NCBI RefSeq assembly: GCF_002113885.1
Contig: NW_018408920.1
Coordinates: forward strand, 832,308 to 896,307
Source: Mizuhopecten yessoensis
Taxonomy: Eukaryota
Direction: 5' to 3'
Length of the DNA stretch: 64,000 nucleotides
Part shown: piece after piece, positions 13,379 to 26,756 of the stretch
Layout: every line of letters starts with the position of its first letter
Position numbering within the stretch: the first letter of the stretch is position 1
Notes under the pieces: generated by a model
Databases searched by the model: none
What the model saw: only the letters and a program-made list of their open reading frames with translations
What the model was told of the DNA's origin: nothing
Program-made: the position numbers and the translations under genes

Positions 13379-14451
13379 TTTTTTGCTAACCAGGTCCTAA
13401 AAACCAAGGTGAGCTTATGCCAAACTTTGAAATTGGAATTGAACTAAATTTGCCTGGGAGCTTCCCTAGGAGGTGGGGATTCAAAATTGTACAAATGGTG
13501 GGGGCTGACCCCCGCTCCCCGAGGGTGCTGAGCGGAGGGGCCAAACGTGGACAATTTGGCTATATTGCTATAAACGACTTCTATTCTAGACCTAAGCACT
13601 GATTATCAATCATATTTGGTTAGAAGAATTCATGGGAGGTGGGGATTCAAACTAAGTGATGAATATCAACTATATGTTGTTAGAAGCATCACCCCCTGGG
13701 CTAAAGGGTGGGGCCAAAACTAGTTTATAACTATAAAATGGTTGGGATATCCACCCTATATCTATATATAAAATGGCAGAGTATAAAGAGATGAATGAAA
13801 ATATGCTTCCATGATGGCCTCGGGGTCTGCCCCACCCTTGGATACTTAGTCCCTTGGTCATAACTTTGAAACGGTTGAGATCCCCACCCCAAAACTAAAC
13901 ATACAATTGGTGGGCAAAAAGCGATGAATGCAGTCATGCTATTAGAATTGACCCCGGGTCTGCCCCATCCTTGGAGACTTAACCCTTGTGTCATAACTGA
14001 AACGGTTGAGATCCCCACCTGCAAACTATATATATATACATACAATTGCTGGGCATAAAGAGATGATCATAATCATGATATAAGCATTAACCCTTGGGTC
14101 TGGCCACACCCATTGGGACCTAGTTTCTGAGTCACAACTTAGAAACATTTGAGATCCTCACCCTATAACCATATATGCAATTGCTGAGTACAAAGAGACG
14201 AATGCAAATAGGCTTCCAGGATTGTCCCGGGGTCTGCCCTACCCTTAGAGACTTAACCATTGGGTCATAACTTTAAAACGGTTGAGATCCCAAACCCAAA
14301 ACTAATGTATACATTTGCTGGGCAGAAAGAGACGAATGCAGTCATGCTATTAGATTTGACCCTATGTGCCTGGCCCTATCCATTGGATCTTGTTCAGAGA
14401 ATATTGTGCCATGATTGCTGAGCGATACAGGCCCTCTGGACCTCTTGTTTA
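13379..14451 (+). mobile_element. Helentron-associated non-autonomous element (HINE/pearl-like), degenerate
   Basis: 5' T-run + GCTAACCAGGTCC...GGTGAGCTTATGCCA, internal degenerate ~120-bp repeats, and 3' TGAGCGATACAGGCCCTCTGGACCTCTTGTT. Same ends as 62169-63621. Confidence 0.75.
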
Positions 14452-15154
14452 AGTTATGCAATTTAATTTATACATCTTATCATGAGCATATCAACCCAAA
14501 ACGTCCACACGGTATACATAGTATCATCATACCCTACCTCTTATACTTCTATACTAGCATCAGCCATGATTCATATAACCGACATATGTACCATCACGAA
14601 AAGGTCAATCTCAAAGCAAAGGTCAGGAGCAACCCCTCCCTAACCATCGTACAACAACTCAAGCTCACATCAGGAACAGGGGATGAAAGGGTCCATGGGA
14701 GTTCTTCCGCCTTGACGACATCAGAGTACTAGTAGTCAAAGTCAGAATTTCTTTATGATAGTAGCACGCACTTGTAAGAACATATGGCCAGTAACACTAG
14801 TCAAGGGTAACATCAGTAGGAGGAAGAAGTACGTGGTAAAAGAAATCCAAGAATGTAAGCTATAAGGCATTTATCTCAAGGAACTATATAATGAACAAGA
14901 GGAGCACACTGTTATAGGGAATGGCTATTGGCAGTGACAACTTACTTGGTGCTACACAATTCGCACGAGGTTTTATAAACAAGTTATGGAGAAAGATGAC
15001 GATCACGATGTAAAAATGATAGAATAAAGATGTTGATGGAAACAACTAGAATCCAGTAAACCAAGATTACAACGGAAAAGGGAGTATAATTGATTGTCCA
15101 CTTATCTTAATGAGTTATTTTTGTCCAGTCGGTCATTTTCTCATTTACACAACA

Positions 15155-15348
15155 ATTAAAACATAATTTTATAACCTATTTCGGTCTTTTTTATTGGCAC
15201 AGGAAAGCGCACAGTAGGACTTAAGCTGGGAGGAAACCGAAGTACCCGGATAAAATGCAGGTGATCCAATACTTTTCCAAGTCCAATCGGGAAATCAAAC
15301 CCAGGCCAATATTGGTGAAAGGCGAGTGGGCTATCAACTCCACCACAC
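15155..15348 (-). mobile_element. tRNA-derived SINE (minus strand)
   Basis: Reverse complement reads TGGTGGAGTTGATAG...CTCGCCTTTCACC...GGGTTTGATTTCCC...TCCGGGTACTTCGGTTTCCTCCCA: a tRNA-like head plus a conserved SINE central-domain-like motif. Confidence 0.65.
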
Positions 15349-17606
15349 AGAAGACTTCTACTTCGTAGGAGTAAGCAGTAAAAACGGATCAAGATATTTT
15401 CCAACGACATCTTCTTTTTAAACATACCTCCGTTATGTAAAGTATACATAAGTTTCTCTTATAGTGAAACAAATATTAGACTGAATACTCATAATCAAAT
15501 CATGACAGTAAACTTTGTAAACTACAAATATGTGTTTACTCAGTATTGTCCCAGATAGTCAGCAGTTAGAGAGTTTACCATTAAGGTAGAAAGGTCCTCG
15601 CTTAAATATCATATTTTTTCTATTAGATGGCAGCTCGCATATTATCATCAGCTGTAACTTTTAAAGCCATTGAGTCATTTTATGGATACAGGAGTTTTAT
15701 TGTCAAATCAATTACGCAGACAAGGATTTCGACCGGAGAAGGTTAAATCTGCGCCAGATAGGTAACTATGATGTCATTATGATTTCATTGTATGGAATTA
15801 GGTTTGACGTGCTCACCAAGCCTTCGATCTGTTTTATTTTACTGAAACATTTTTTTTTCGATTTGCAGTAGAAATTTTAACGAGTGTATGAAATGAAAAT
15901 GTTCAAATATAATTCCACTTTCATCTTTAAATGACTTGAACATGACGCATTTGAATCTGCATTCTGTGGAAGTGAAAATTAGAGATGGCCATTTTTTTTT
16001 ATAATTCAGTGTTGACGTCATTCTGCTTTCGGTTTACATCCATTGCAAATATATGCACCATGATTAAGCAGGAATGTCTTTTTTTTACTAAGGGTTCCAA
16101 AATCGAAATTGTGCCAAAACTGTTCCGTCCCCGTAGTCGATTAAATTACAGGGACACAATGCATTTAGATAATAAAACATAAAATTAACCGCGACAGTAT
16201 ATATCTTATTTTTATATTGTGTTAGGTTGTACTGAAATTAGTAAGGCCCTAAATTAATAATACTAAACAATAAGTATTATCGCAATATATACATTTTTCT
16301 GACCTGTACATTGCCATTGATCCAACTTTCATGTAGATATATATAGATAGTATATACAAAGAAAGCATATTCTTGTGGTGGTGTCATAACCTTATCAATT
16401 GCTGAACTGAAATAAAGTCTTCCCCGGTGAACCGAAGTACTAAGAAACTCGTATGTCGTTTCCTTTATCATATCTAACCATCTCAAAGAATTAACATTTC
16501 TTCAAAACTTTTGAAATTTTTGGTAAAATTTCCTTCAAAACTCCTGACACTCGTTCAAATGACGACAGCAGAGCCCGGGTTATTTATATACATTACTTTT
16601 TGTACAACACAAAATCTGCAGGCCAGAGACCAGAATCTGGCATCATAAATAAGGAAGTATCATGAAATAGTATATCCTTATTAATTTGATTTTAATAGGA
16701 TCCATTACATGCATAATTTTTTTGGTACATTTTATGAACATTTGTTAAGATTCGGGGTACGGATATAAAGGAGTGTACGTATTTATCATATCCAACTGAC
16801 CTCCCGTGTTGCACCACATATATGACATGTCGCCCCGTACACAATGGCGGACATATAGAGATAACGTCTAAGTAACCTTCTACCAAACTTCTCAAACTCC
16901 AAAAGGAATTTGACGCGCCTTTGTTGCTTCAATACATCATGTTCAATAGAGGTTTATATAAACGGCCGAATAATTAAAGCCGGACAGCCAGAGTACAATA
17001 CTGGAATTTGACATAAAGTCATCCCATATTTGGCTGTCTATGGAACCAGGTAAGCTCCAAATAGCGTTCTTTTCATCACTGCCCGCCGCTCCATGTTAAT
17101 CTTAATTGCTCCGGCCATGTTAGCTGAGCTTCCCTTGTACATTGACATTGATTAAAGTCCATGTAGATATATATAGATATTCCATAATGTGTTTAGATAG
17201 TATATACAAAGAAAGTATATGCTTGTGGTGGTGTCATAACCTTATCAATCACCGAACTGAAATATAGTCGAGGAATGATAATACAATGTCACCCCGTACA
17301 TGATGGCGGACATATAGAGATAGCGACGTTATCATTTTATTCCTGCTGTAGCCTCATTTAACGGGTCGAGGAGGTCTGCATATCTGGGAAGCACGCGACT
17401 GAGTAATTTGTATGTGCCGATAAATGATCGCAGGCCCTGTGCAGCAGCAGGGGGTTCGGTAGATGATACGACAGCCACTTTGTGAGGGCTTAAATATATT
17501 TTGGAAATTTTCTTCGCGTATATTGCGTGCTGTTTCTTTTTATCATTATCAACACCACAGAAAATATACAGATTCGAGAAATCAGTAGGAATTATAGCGA
17601 ATAGAT

Positions 17607-19388
17607 ATGGAACAAAACAGGTATACTACCATGGAAATTACGTTTTTGATATTAGTGCTTTTTGTATTACCTGGGAATAGTCAAACGCCTTGTCCAACGG
17701 GTTGTGTGTGCCAAAGCCCCTTTACGGTTAGTTGTAGTGCAGGATTCACGGCGTTTCCGTCACCACTAACCGATACCATCAAATTGCTCTCAATTAATGG
17801 AAACTACATGACACACAACAGTATCCCTACCATACATCGGAGTGACTTTCAACCCATGCCTGGACTAGTTTCGTTACAAATGGCTTATTGCGAAATTAAC
17901 ACAATCGCAGATGACACATTTTTATCTCGGGCTTCGTTGACATATCTAGATCTGTCATATAACAACATTCCCCGAATAACTGACAAGACATTTTTGGGGC
18001 TAACAAATCTGGTTTCCCTACAGATCAGCGGGAATCCGCATTGTGAGCTGAGCGAAAAGACTTTTGATAGTCTTTCGAATCTGGAAGAACTCTATATTGC
18101 CGAAATGGACTTGGAACGCCTTCTTCCTGTTATGTTCACAAATTTGAAACATCTCAGACTTTTGGATGTCCATGGAAACAAAATATGGAAAATTGAATTT
18201 GATTTTGGGGCTGTATTCCCGAACTTACAACACTTGGATTTATCGAGAAACCTTCTAAAGGGACTGTCCAAACGGTACAACGACACGTTTTCACATCTCA
18301 CTACAGTCAAAATGTCGGGAAATCCACTCCAATGTAATTGCGAATTACGATGGTTAAAGCATTCAACGAAAAAGGCTCTGGACCCTGAATATGCCAGTGA
18401 CGCATTAGTTTGCTACGGCCCAGAACGTCTGAAATATGCTCCGATTTTGCGCGTTCCTGATTTAGAGTTTAAGTGTGTTGCACCCCAAATAGTCAATTGT
18501 ACAACTGAAACGTACGTTGTGATGGAAACGTCATCCCTTCGGATGTGGTGTGAATTGGGGGGAGATCCATATCCGGATGTGACCTGGACAAGATATGATG
18601 GAAAGAATGTAGAATTCACTTACGAAAACACTTCAAACTACTATGTTTCTAGAACAGGATCCTTGGATATTTTCAACGTCTCACAGGCCGATGACGGTAC
18701 GTGGACACTCGGTGTCAGCAATTCAATCGGTCAGAAAAGTCATCAACTGAAAATAGTTGTTACCCCCAAAACAACCACCACCACAACAACGTCAACAACA
18801 ACAACAACCACAACCACAACCACAACCTCGCCGACGACGACAACAACAACATCGACAACAACGCCTACACCAACCACATCGACAACAACGCCGACGGCGA
18901 CAACGACAACATCAACAACAACGCCGACAACATCAACGCCGACAACATCAACGCCGACAACAACCACATCAACAACGCCGCCACAGACGACACCAACTAC
19001 AAGTACTTTGAAATCTACAACCGCAAATACGATATTAAGCAGCAGCGAGTATCAGTCAGCTAATGGGGGTACGGTAACCCATAAAGCCCCCGATCATGTA
19101 AACCCTAACCCGACTAACATCCCACCAGATGACAATGACAAGACAGACGACGATAGCGATGAGGTCAAACCAACTAATAGGGCAGACGAAGACGGTGGTG
19201 GAATGAACATGATGATGATAGCAGGAGCTGGCGGAGGAGGTCTACTTCTGATCGTCCTCATCGCCGTCATCGTCTACTGTGTGAAGAGGAAGAAGGGCAG
19301 TAACCGGGTGGAGGACATCAGCATCCGACAGGACAATGACTTTGATTCGGTAAGATCTCCACGTCGTCACCGTGTTAATGATTTCTGA
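17607..19388 (+). CDS. Intronless LRR-Ig type I membrane protein (LIG superfamily) with Thr-rich mucin stalk, paralogue 1 (593 aa)
   Basis: Signal peptide (M1 or M9 start), LRRNT CPTGCVC, ~8 LRR units, LRRCT NPLQCNC...C...C, I-set-like Ig (C-x3-GDPYPDVTW), ~75-aa poly-Thr tract, Gly-rich TM, short basic tail. Confidence 0.93.
   Translation: MEQNRYTTMEITFLILVLFVLPGNSQTPCPTGCVCQSPFTVSCSAGFTAFPSPLTDTIKLLSINGNYMTHNSIPTIHRSDFQPMPGLVSLQMAYCEINTIADDTFLSRASLTYLDLSYNNIPRITDKTFLGLTNLVSLQISGNPHCELSEKTFDSLSNLEELYIAEMDLERLLPVMFTNLKHLRLLDVHGNKIWKIEFDFGAVFPNLQHLDLSRNLLKGLSKRYNDTFSHLTTVKMSGNPLQCNCELRWLKHSTKKALDPEYASDALVCYGPERLKYAPILRVPDLEFKCVAPQIVNCTTETYVVMETSSLRMWCELGGDPYPDVTWTRYDGKNVEFTYENTSNYYVSRTGSLDIFNVSQADDGTWTLGVSNSIGQKSHQLKIVVTPKTTTTTTTSTTTTTTTTTTTSPTTTTTTSTTTPTPTTSTTTPTATTTTSTTTPTTSTPTTSTPTTTTSTTPPQTTPTTSTLKSTTANTILSSSEYQSANGGTVTHKAPDHVNPNPTNIPPDDNDKTDDDSDEVKPTNRADEDGGGMNMMMIAGAGGGGLLLIVLIAVIVYCVKRKKGSNRVEDISIRQDNDFDSVRSPRRHRVNDF
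18771..19005 (+). repeat. Coding ACN-triplet microsatellite encoding the poly-Thr stalk
   Basis: (ACA/ACC/ACG)n. Explains the overlapping poly-Gln, poly-Asn and poly-Val shadow ORFs. Confidence 0.9.
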
Positions 19389-22300
19389 AGAAAACAAATG
19401 ACACTAGAGGAAGTAACATAGGAGGATGTTTCGTGTGCAGTGTTCGCATCTATTATAATTTCATCTTGCTCGCCCTTGATTTAGACGACAAAATAGATGT
19501 GGGCAAAATATGTTCAAAATATTATGATTGTGCAACAATGGAAAACATTGGGGAGACAGGAGGACTAACACAGTACGAGTGGTTTAAATATTGTAGTTTA
19601 CAGTGTCTCTCGGTTATTGTGATTCTATGTAGTCGCTACTTTTATTTAATGTGACTGTGATAACATTTATACAGAAATGATTTTACCTTTGAACTGTTAA
19701 TTTTATTTGAATAATCCGATTCAGCATATATAAGCGAATTGAAGTAATATAGTTCCATAAATGAATATTAATGTTTCAATATTGTGCTTCTATCACACGT
19801 AATTAAAAAATGCAAAACAGGGGAAACGCGTTGGTAGCCATTACGTCTACTAGGAACATACTTAATGTCAATTATAGATATCAACTTAATCGAGAGTCGT
19901 ATCGAGAAGATAATTTTGTGTTGTATTATTTTACAACAGAGGTTATTTTTTATTACTATTTATTGCTAGTCTTTGTTGTTATGCAAACATCAAAGCATGA
20001 GTTGTATTGTAAATGCTTGTAACTTTAACAATAACGAGGAGATATGTAAGCTTCAAAATCGAATGACGCATTATAAAATCTATAAAACCTAACAAATCAA
20101 GTTTTCTTGTTTGAAATAAAGACCTCTGAACAAAACATTAAATAGGTCGAATAGATTTTTATTCCGGCATGATGAATATTTGGAAGGTATTTGGAATTCA
20201 CAGAATAGTCCTAACATAGTAAATGTTCAACATTCGCGAATAATAAACGCCACACTACAGCACTAGATTTATCTTGATATGGATCGTAAAAGATTTTAGT
20301 ATTAACTTTTTTTAATCTAGTTTATTACCGCGTCGGTATTTAGGACGTTAGATTATAATGGAAGATTACATTAACATACAGTTTAAAAGATGAAATAAGT
20401 TAGTTTCTAGTACCTCTACTTCATGTTGTGGTTTCATAAAATAATCTAAACTTATCCGAGATGTTGGATACATATATAATATTATAATATTCGCATAGAA
20501 ATAATGGATATAAGAAACTCCTGTTGGTGAATTGAGTGATTATAGGAATAAGACAATGACTGGTTATTTTTTTAAATTCGTCTCATTTTCAGGTCAGGCT
20601 TATAGTGTTTTAGTTTTATTACATGTTTAGAATATTAATTAAGTGTAAGGTGTGATATTGTAATTAAAGCATATGCATTCATTTGAAGAGAAGATATGAT
20701 ACATATGCTTCTTTTCGTTAAAATTTGTTGATTTGTAATTGTTACTGATGATATCTCTACATTTCGTGTAAATAGTACTTTGTTATTTATTTTTTTGTAT
20801 TTTTTTTTAATAGATTGAACCATATTTTCTTGTTATTGATTTTTCATGTTAAATAATTCATGCTTAACGTATATTTGCGGCGAATGTGTTTTACTTATTT
20901 ATGTAGACTAATCTTAATGAATTTTATTCATACATAAAAATAAATATTCAAGAAAACTGTGAAAATACGTTCACGTGAAATGAGAGTCTTGTTTATGTTT
21001 GTGGTTGGCTTGTTATTCTGTTAAATATTCATATTCAGGCATTATTGTGAAAGAATCGTGCAATTGGGTTGCTTGTTGCCTTGTTTTGTTGTCTACTATA
21101 TGACACATGACATGTGCTCGTTCGAACTATACAATTCCTCCTGCACTTTATTTTGAATCCGGGATTTTTTTTTTGTTGCACAATAAAACCTTTGGCGATT
21201 CCATTGACTTTGTCTGTTTATTATTTGTTTTTGCTTTGTTTTAATTTCACGTACATTATATGGCATCGTTTGTTACGTTATTTTTATCGGGGAATAATTA
21301 TTCTAATCATAACAAGCAACACGCTGATAACTTATTTATTCTCACAATTTTGAGGAACTTGCTATTTCAATTTCTGTTTCCTTTCGTTTTTTTCATGCTG
21401 TCAGCTAATAAGAAAAAATGATTTCTTATATCACGATCATTTTTTTTTCTGTTCATACATCATGTGACAATTCCTACAATAAATTTAATCAACCGATTAA
21501 GTAAATCAGTTTTAATTTTCTCACCAAATTATCGTTGTTTCCATGACCTCATTGAGGTTACTTATACGGATTGATATTTCATAAAGAGCAGATAATCCGG
21601 CAATCCTTATTCCCAGCAAAGGTGGCAGGAACACTGACTTGGTAGTTGGACAACCCGGTAAGTGGCGCTTAGATGAGCAGGGCTCGACTTTTAAGCATGG
21701 GTAAATTAAATTTCTTACATTCTTATGAATTGACAATCTAATAGTTTTCTAAAGAACAATGGTCCGTACCGAACATGTTACCAGGGTGTTCTTTGTTATA
21801 TTTCACATATATCAACAATGGGAAAAACGATGATGTGACTTAAGTCACTCTGGGGCATCAAACAACGGCAAAGTGAAATTGAACAGGATGTCTATCCACG
21901 GTTAACATTGTATATTCTAACGAATTTGACGTCTTTCAGAATGTGTTTTAATTGATTATATTAATCTAATTCGTTTTGCTTGTCAATTTTGCACTATAAA
22001 TCATTCATTCTTTATTTTCATCCATGTATGTTTCAAGCTGGATGACGGCTAATACTTGTCTTAAGTGTCTCACTTTCTTCACCGAATTCCAATGCATAAA
22101 AACGTCATTCATGCTTCCATTTCTAAATATTTTTGGACAAATATATTTAGGTCTGTGAATTGATTTTAACTAAATCTATCATTAAAGAACAATATCAAAA
22201 ATAAGTATGATAATTTCGAGATCAATGAGTATATGTGAAGTCTTCCTTTAATATTTTACATTTTAAAAAAGAAAGGAACGAACTAAACGTGTCGTAGTAT

Positions 22301-23523
22301 TTCTTCATTATTAGCTTTAATTATTGTGTTTGACTTAGAAATCATACAAGTATATTTTAAGCCTTATTCCATTACGTTGTTTTGTTGACGTTTTCATGAC
22401 TGAAATTAACATTATCAATTTACGAAGAGGACATCATACTTCTGCAGTCAGAGTACATGTATTAAAAACAGTTATAATGCTAGATTATTGACTCCGTTGT
22501 CTTTGATTCAGTCCCTAATTGAATTGAAAAAATATCCATCAGACTGATTTATCGAAGTCTTATATTTCATTTTAGCACATGTATTTTTAATTATAATAAA
22601 TTATATAATTACGTTTTCTAAAAAAAGAAACTTCATGCTATTAAGTTTATGAATATTAAGTAATAAAACTATTTTTTAAATAAAATTCTTTATAAACATA
22701 AGGAGAACAAAAACAATAACATAAAGACAAAGTCAATCCTCATTATATCGAAACACCGGGACAAAAGAATTCTGTAAAAACACTACTAAATAAAACATTT
22801 ACTTTAGTAGCTGATTCTTCAAACGATTTATTGGATTTTGCCGAATGGTCGGTTATGACCAGAACTTGGTGGTTACACCCACCGATCAATCCATATTGCA
22901 CAGATCATAATGACGTAGACGCAGTGTAGATACTGTGACCAAAGGTTCAAATATTCGGATACGTATAGGAATGTCAGTGTGAAACTTACAATAGTTATAT
23001 ATATCTAACTTACTTGTTACGCTTTGGGTGACCAGGAGTCGCCCATGCACTTTGGAATGTCAAACTCAGAGAAGGGCGTGACAGGGGGACAATATAAAGG
23101 GTGTGGCTAGAGGATTAAGTATCAACCTAATTGTCAGTTAACAAGTGAAAATGCAGTCTTCATAAATATTGAGATAAAATTAAAATTAAATTAAAATAAA
23201 TGAAATGGAATCCTTTAATCATCTATTCTTTTTTATTCATTAACACCATAAAACGAAGAGAAAAGAACAAAAGTCATTACAATTGTAAATAATTTGTATA
23301 GTTTTCCTGGAAGAGTTACAGGAATGCCATGTCAAAAAGCGAATCTGCAAAACAAATAAAACTCACATTAGCGCAACCACCGAAATATAATTGATTGAAC
23401 ACTGTTCTGCAATATGACAAGAAAATGAATATTGCACGAAGAAGAAAGCCCACGTATCGATGGAAGGAGTGTTTGTCATAGTTATCGTATAGATCGTGTA
23501 GAGGAACTGTCACCAGCTGAGTT

Positions 23524-25190
23524 ATACATATTGCATACCTTATAATGTATTAAATACCGACATCACTACTGACCCCGCCCATATAAACGTCATTAGTTTG
23601 GAGTTTGTGTGTATAAATATATACATATTGCATACCTTATAATGTTTTAAATACCGGCATCACTACTGACCCCGCCCTTATAAACGTCATAATTTTTGGG
23701 GTTTGTGTGGATAAATATATACATATTGCATACCTTATAATGTATTAAATACCGACATCACTACTGACCCCGCACATATAAACGTCATTAGTTTGGAGTT
23801 TGTGTGTATAAATATATACATATTGCATCCCTTATAATGTATTAAATACCGGCATCACTACTGACCCCGCCCTTATAAACGTCATAATTTTTGGGGTTTG
23901 TGTGGATAAATATATACATATTGCATACCTTATAATGTTTTAAATACCGGCATCACTACTGACCCCGCCCTTATAAACGTCATAATTTTTGGGGTTTGTG
24001 TTTATAAATATATACATATTGCATACCTTATAATGTTTTAAATACCGGCATCACTACTGACCCCGCCCTTATAAACGTCATAAGTTTGGGGTTTGTGTGT
24101 ATAAATGTATACATATTGCATACCTTATAATGTATTAAATGCCGGCATCACTACTGACCCCGCCCATATAAACGTCATAAGTTTGGGGTTTGTGTGTATA
24201 AATGTATACATATTGCATACCTTATAATGTATTAAATACCGTCATCACTACTGACCCCGCCCATATAAACGTCATAAGTTTGGAGGTTGGGTGTATAAAT
24301 ATATACATATTGCATACCTTATAATGTTTTAAATACCGGCATCACTACTGACCCCGCCCTTATAAACGTCATAATTTTTGGGGTTTGTGTTTATAAATAT
24401 ATACATATTGCATACCTTATAATGTTTTAAATACCGGCATCACTACTGACCCCGCCCTTATAAACGTCATAATTTTTGGGGTTTGTGTTTATAAATATAT
24501 ACATATTGCATACCTTATAATGATTTAAATACCGGCATCACTACTGGCCCCGCCCATATAAACGTCATAAGTTTGGAGTTTGTGTGTATAAATATATCCA
24601 TATTGCATACCTTATAATGTATTAAATACCGGCATCACTACTGACCCCGCCCTTATAAACGTCATAATTTTTGGGGTTTGTGTGGATAAATATATACATA
24701 TTGCATACCTTATAATGTTTTAAATACCGGCATCACTACTGACCCCGCCCTTATAAACGTCATAATTTTTGGGGTTTGTGTTTATAAATATATACATATT
24801 GCATACCTTATAATGTATTAAATACCGGCATCACTACTGACCCCGCCCTTATAAACGTCATAATTTTTGGGGTTTGTGTGTATAAATATATACATATTGC
24901 ATACCTTATAATGTATTAAATACCGGCATCACTACTGCCCCCGCCCATATAAACGTCATAAGTTTGGGGTTTGTGTGTATAAATGTATACATATTGCATA
25001 CCTTATAATGTATTAAATACCGGCATCACTTCTGACCCCGCCCTTATAAACGTCATAAGTTTGGGGTTTGTGTGTATAAATATATACATATTGCATACCT
25101 TATAATGTATTAAATACCGGCATCACTACTGACCCCGCCCATATAAACGTCATAAGTTTGGAGTGTATGTGTATAAATATCTGCATATTT
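23524..25190. repeat. Satellite array, 17 copies of a 97/98-bp unit
   Basis: CATATTGCATACC recurs at 23527, 23624, 23722, 23819, 23917, 24015 ... 25087. The spacing is 97 or 98 bp. Confidence 0.97.
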
Positions 25191-26756
25191 ATAAAGCAAA
25201 TGCAGCTCCTGAACCTATGTCGAACTGTGGTACTCTATTACATGTCTGCTGGGGGATATTTACATAGTACCCATTAAAACACTGGGGCTTTTATCATAGG
25301 TCTGACGACGACTTTGATATTACTGTTACTGACTGAGATATGCGGTGTTTTTTTTTAATTCAAATACTTATATTTCCCTTTCATAATTGTTTTTAATTGG
25401 TTTTTGTCGTTTTTATGTTTACGGTGTGTCTCCCAGCATACCCTAAATATAATATATCGATATAAACGGGTGATGACGTTTTAATTGATTCCAACAATGA
25501 TTTGCCAGTGAGTGGCACCATACGTCCACTAAGCCTGAAATCATCGAGCACTGACATACATACAGTATAACCCCGATATACCGCCACCTACATACAGTAT
25601 AACCCCGATATACCACCACCTTCCGTTCAAAGACATTTTGTATTATATTGTGGCGGGTGCAACAATTGATCTAAGCTGTCTTTTTGGTGTCTTCTGTTGT
25701 TACTGCTATCTGTTTTGGTGGTTTTTTCTCGTTTACACCATTTTGTTGATTTTGTTATTGTGTAATCACACTGTTTGTTTTCGTCTTTTTAGTTGAAATT
25801 GTGAAGTGTTTTTGTCAATGTATTGACAGTATGTTTTCGTTTCGAGTGTTGATGCTATATTGCTTTTGTGTGTTGACGTTTTTGCAGCATATAACTTTTT
25901 GTGTCGACACGTCGGCATTCTCTTGTTTTGTTTTATTTTGTTGTTTTGTTCTGTTTTTCACTTCAAAAATCAACAAGAGAATACCGACGTGTTAAGATAA
26001 TTGATTAATCAATAATTATACCTTCAGGGTAAAAAATACCACTATCAACTTATCATGGTTCGTGATATCAAAGTTCATCTAAATGAGACTCAGCGAACCT
26101 TTGTGTAGGACCCGGATGTTATATACGCACTTCTTTGCCACGTCAGTTCAGTTTCTTCCTATTCGATAAGAATACGTCGGGAGTGTTTACGTATTAAGAT
26201 TCAATTATTAGGTTGCAACTTTGCTCTCCATTACACTCATGTTCTCACGTGTATCACAAAGGCTCTACAATATGAAGATACGAAGTACAAATACCGAAGA
26301 AAAAATAAATTCAATCTTATAAAAACAACAATGTTTAATTTCATTTAATATAAATTGTACAAAAGATGAAGAGTGATGTAGAATATCTATATTTAACAAA
26401 ACACGAATTATGACACTGATATCCATGGGTGGATATGATATTATGCAAAATTTGTAAACAACAAAATATGCGAGACATCAAAACAATGAATAAATTATAG
26501 AATTATAGAAAGAATAATTTAAAACCATAACAAATTCTTTCATACTGAAAAAAATCATATCAGTTCATGAAAATCTTGTAGTTAAAACAGCGACGTCCAT
26601 CTCAATTAAGACATGATATTTGAATAGTAAGAACTATCGATAATCTAGGAGCATGATGTAAAATGGAATCTTTCGGGGAAATGTGTGTATGGTGTTTTAC
26701 GCGTGCGGTGACAAGGGTTTAGAGGCTGCACGGATATGGAACAGGAACGTTAAGTG

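Noticed and set aside
18701-19063. Overlapping poly-Asn, poly-Gln and poly-Val ORFs
   Set aside because: Alternative-frame shadows of the ACN repeat encoding the Thr stalk.
23524-25190. CRISPR-like array
   Set aside because: Units are contiguous near-identical tandem copies with no unique spacers, there are no cas genes, and the context is eukaryotic. The same applies to the 36-, 38- and 61-bp arrays.
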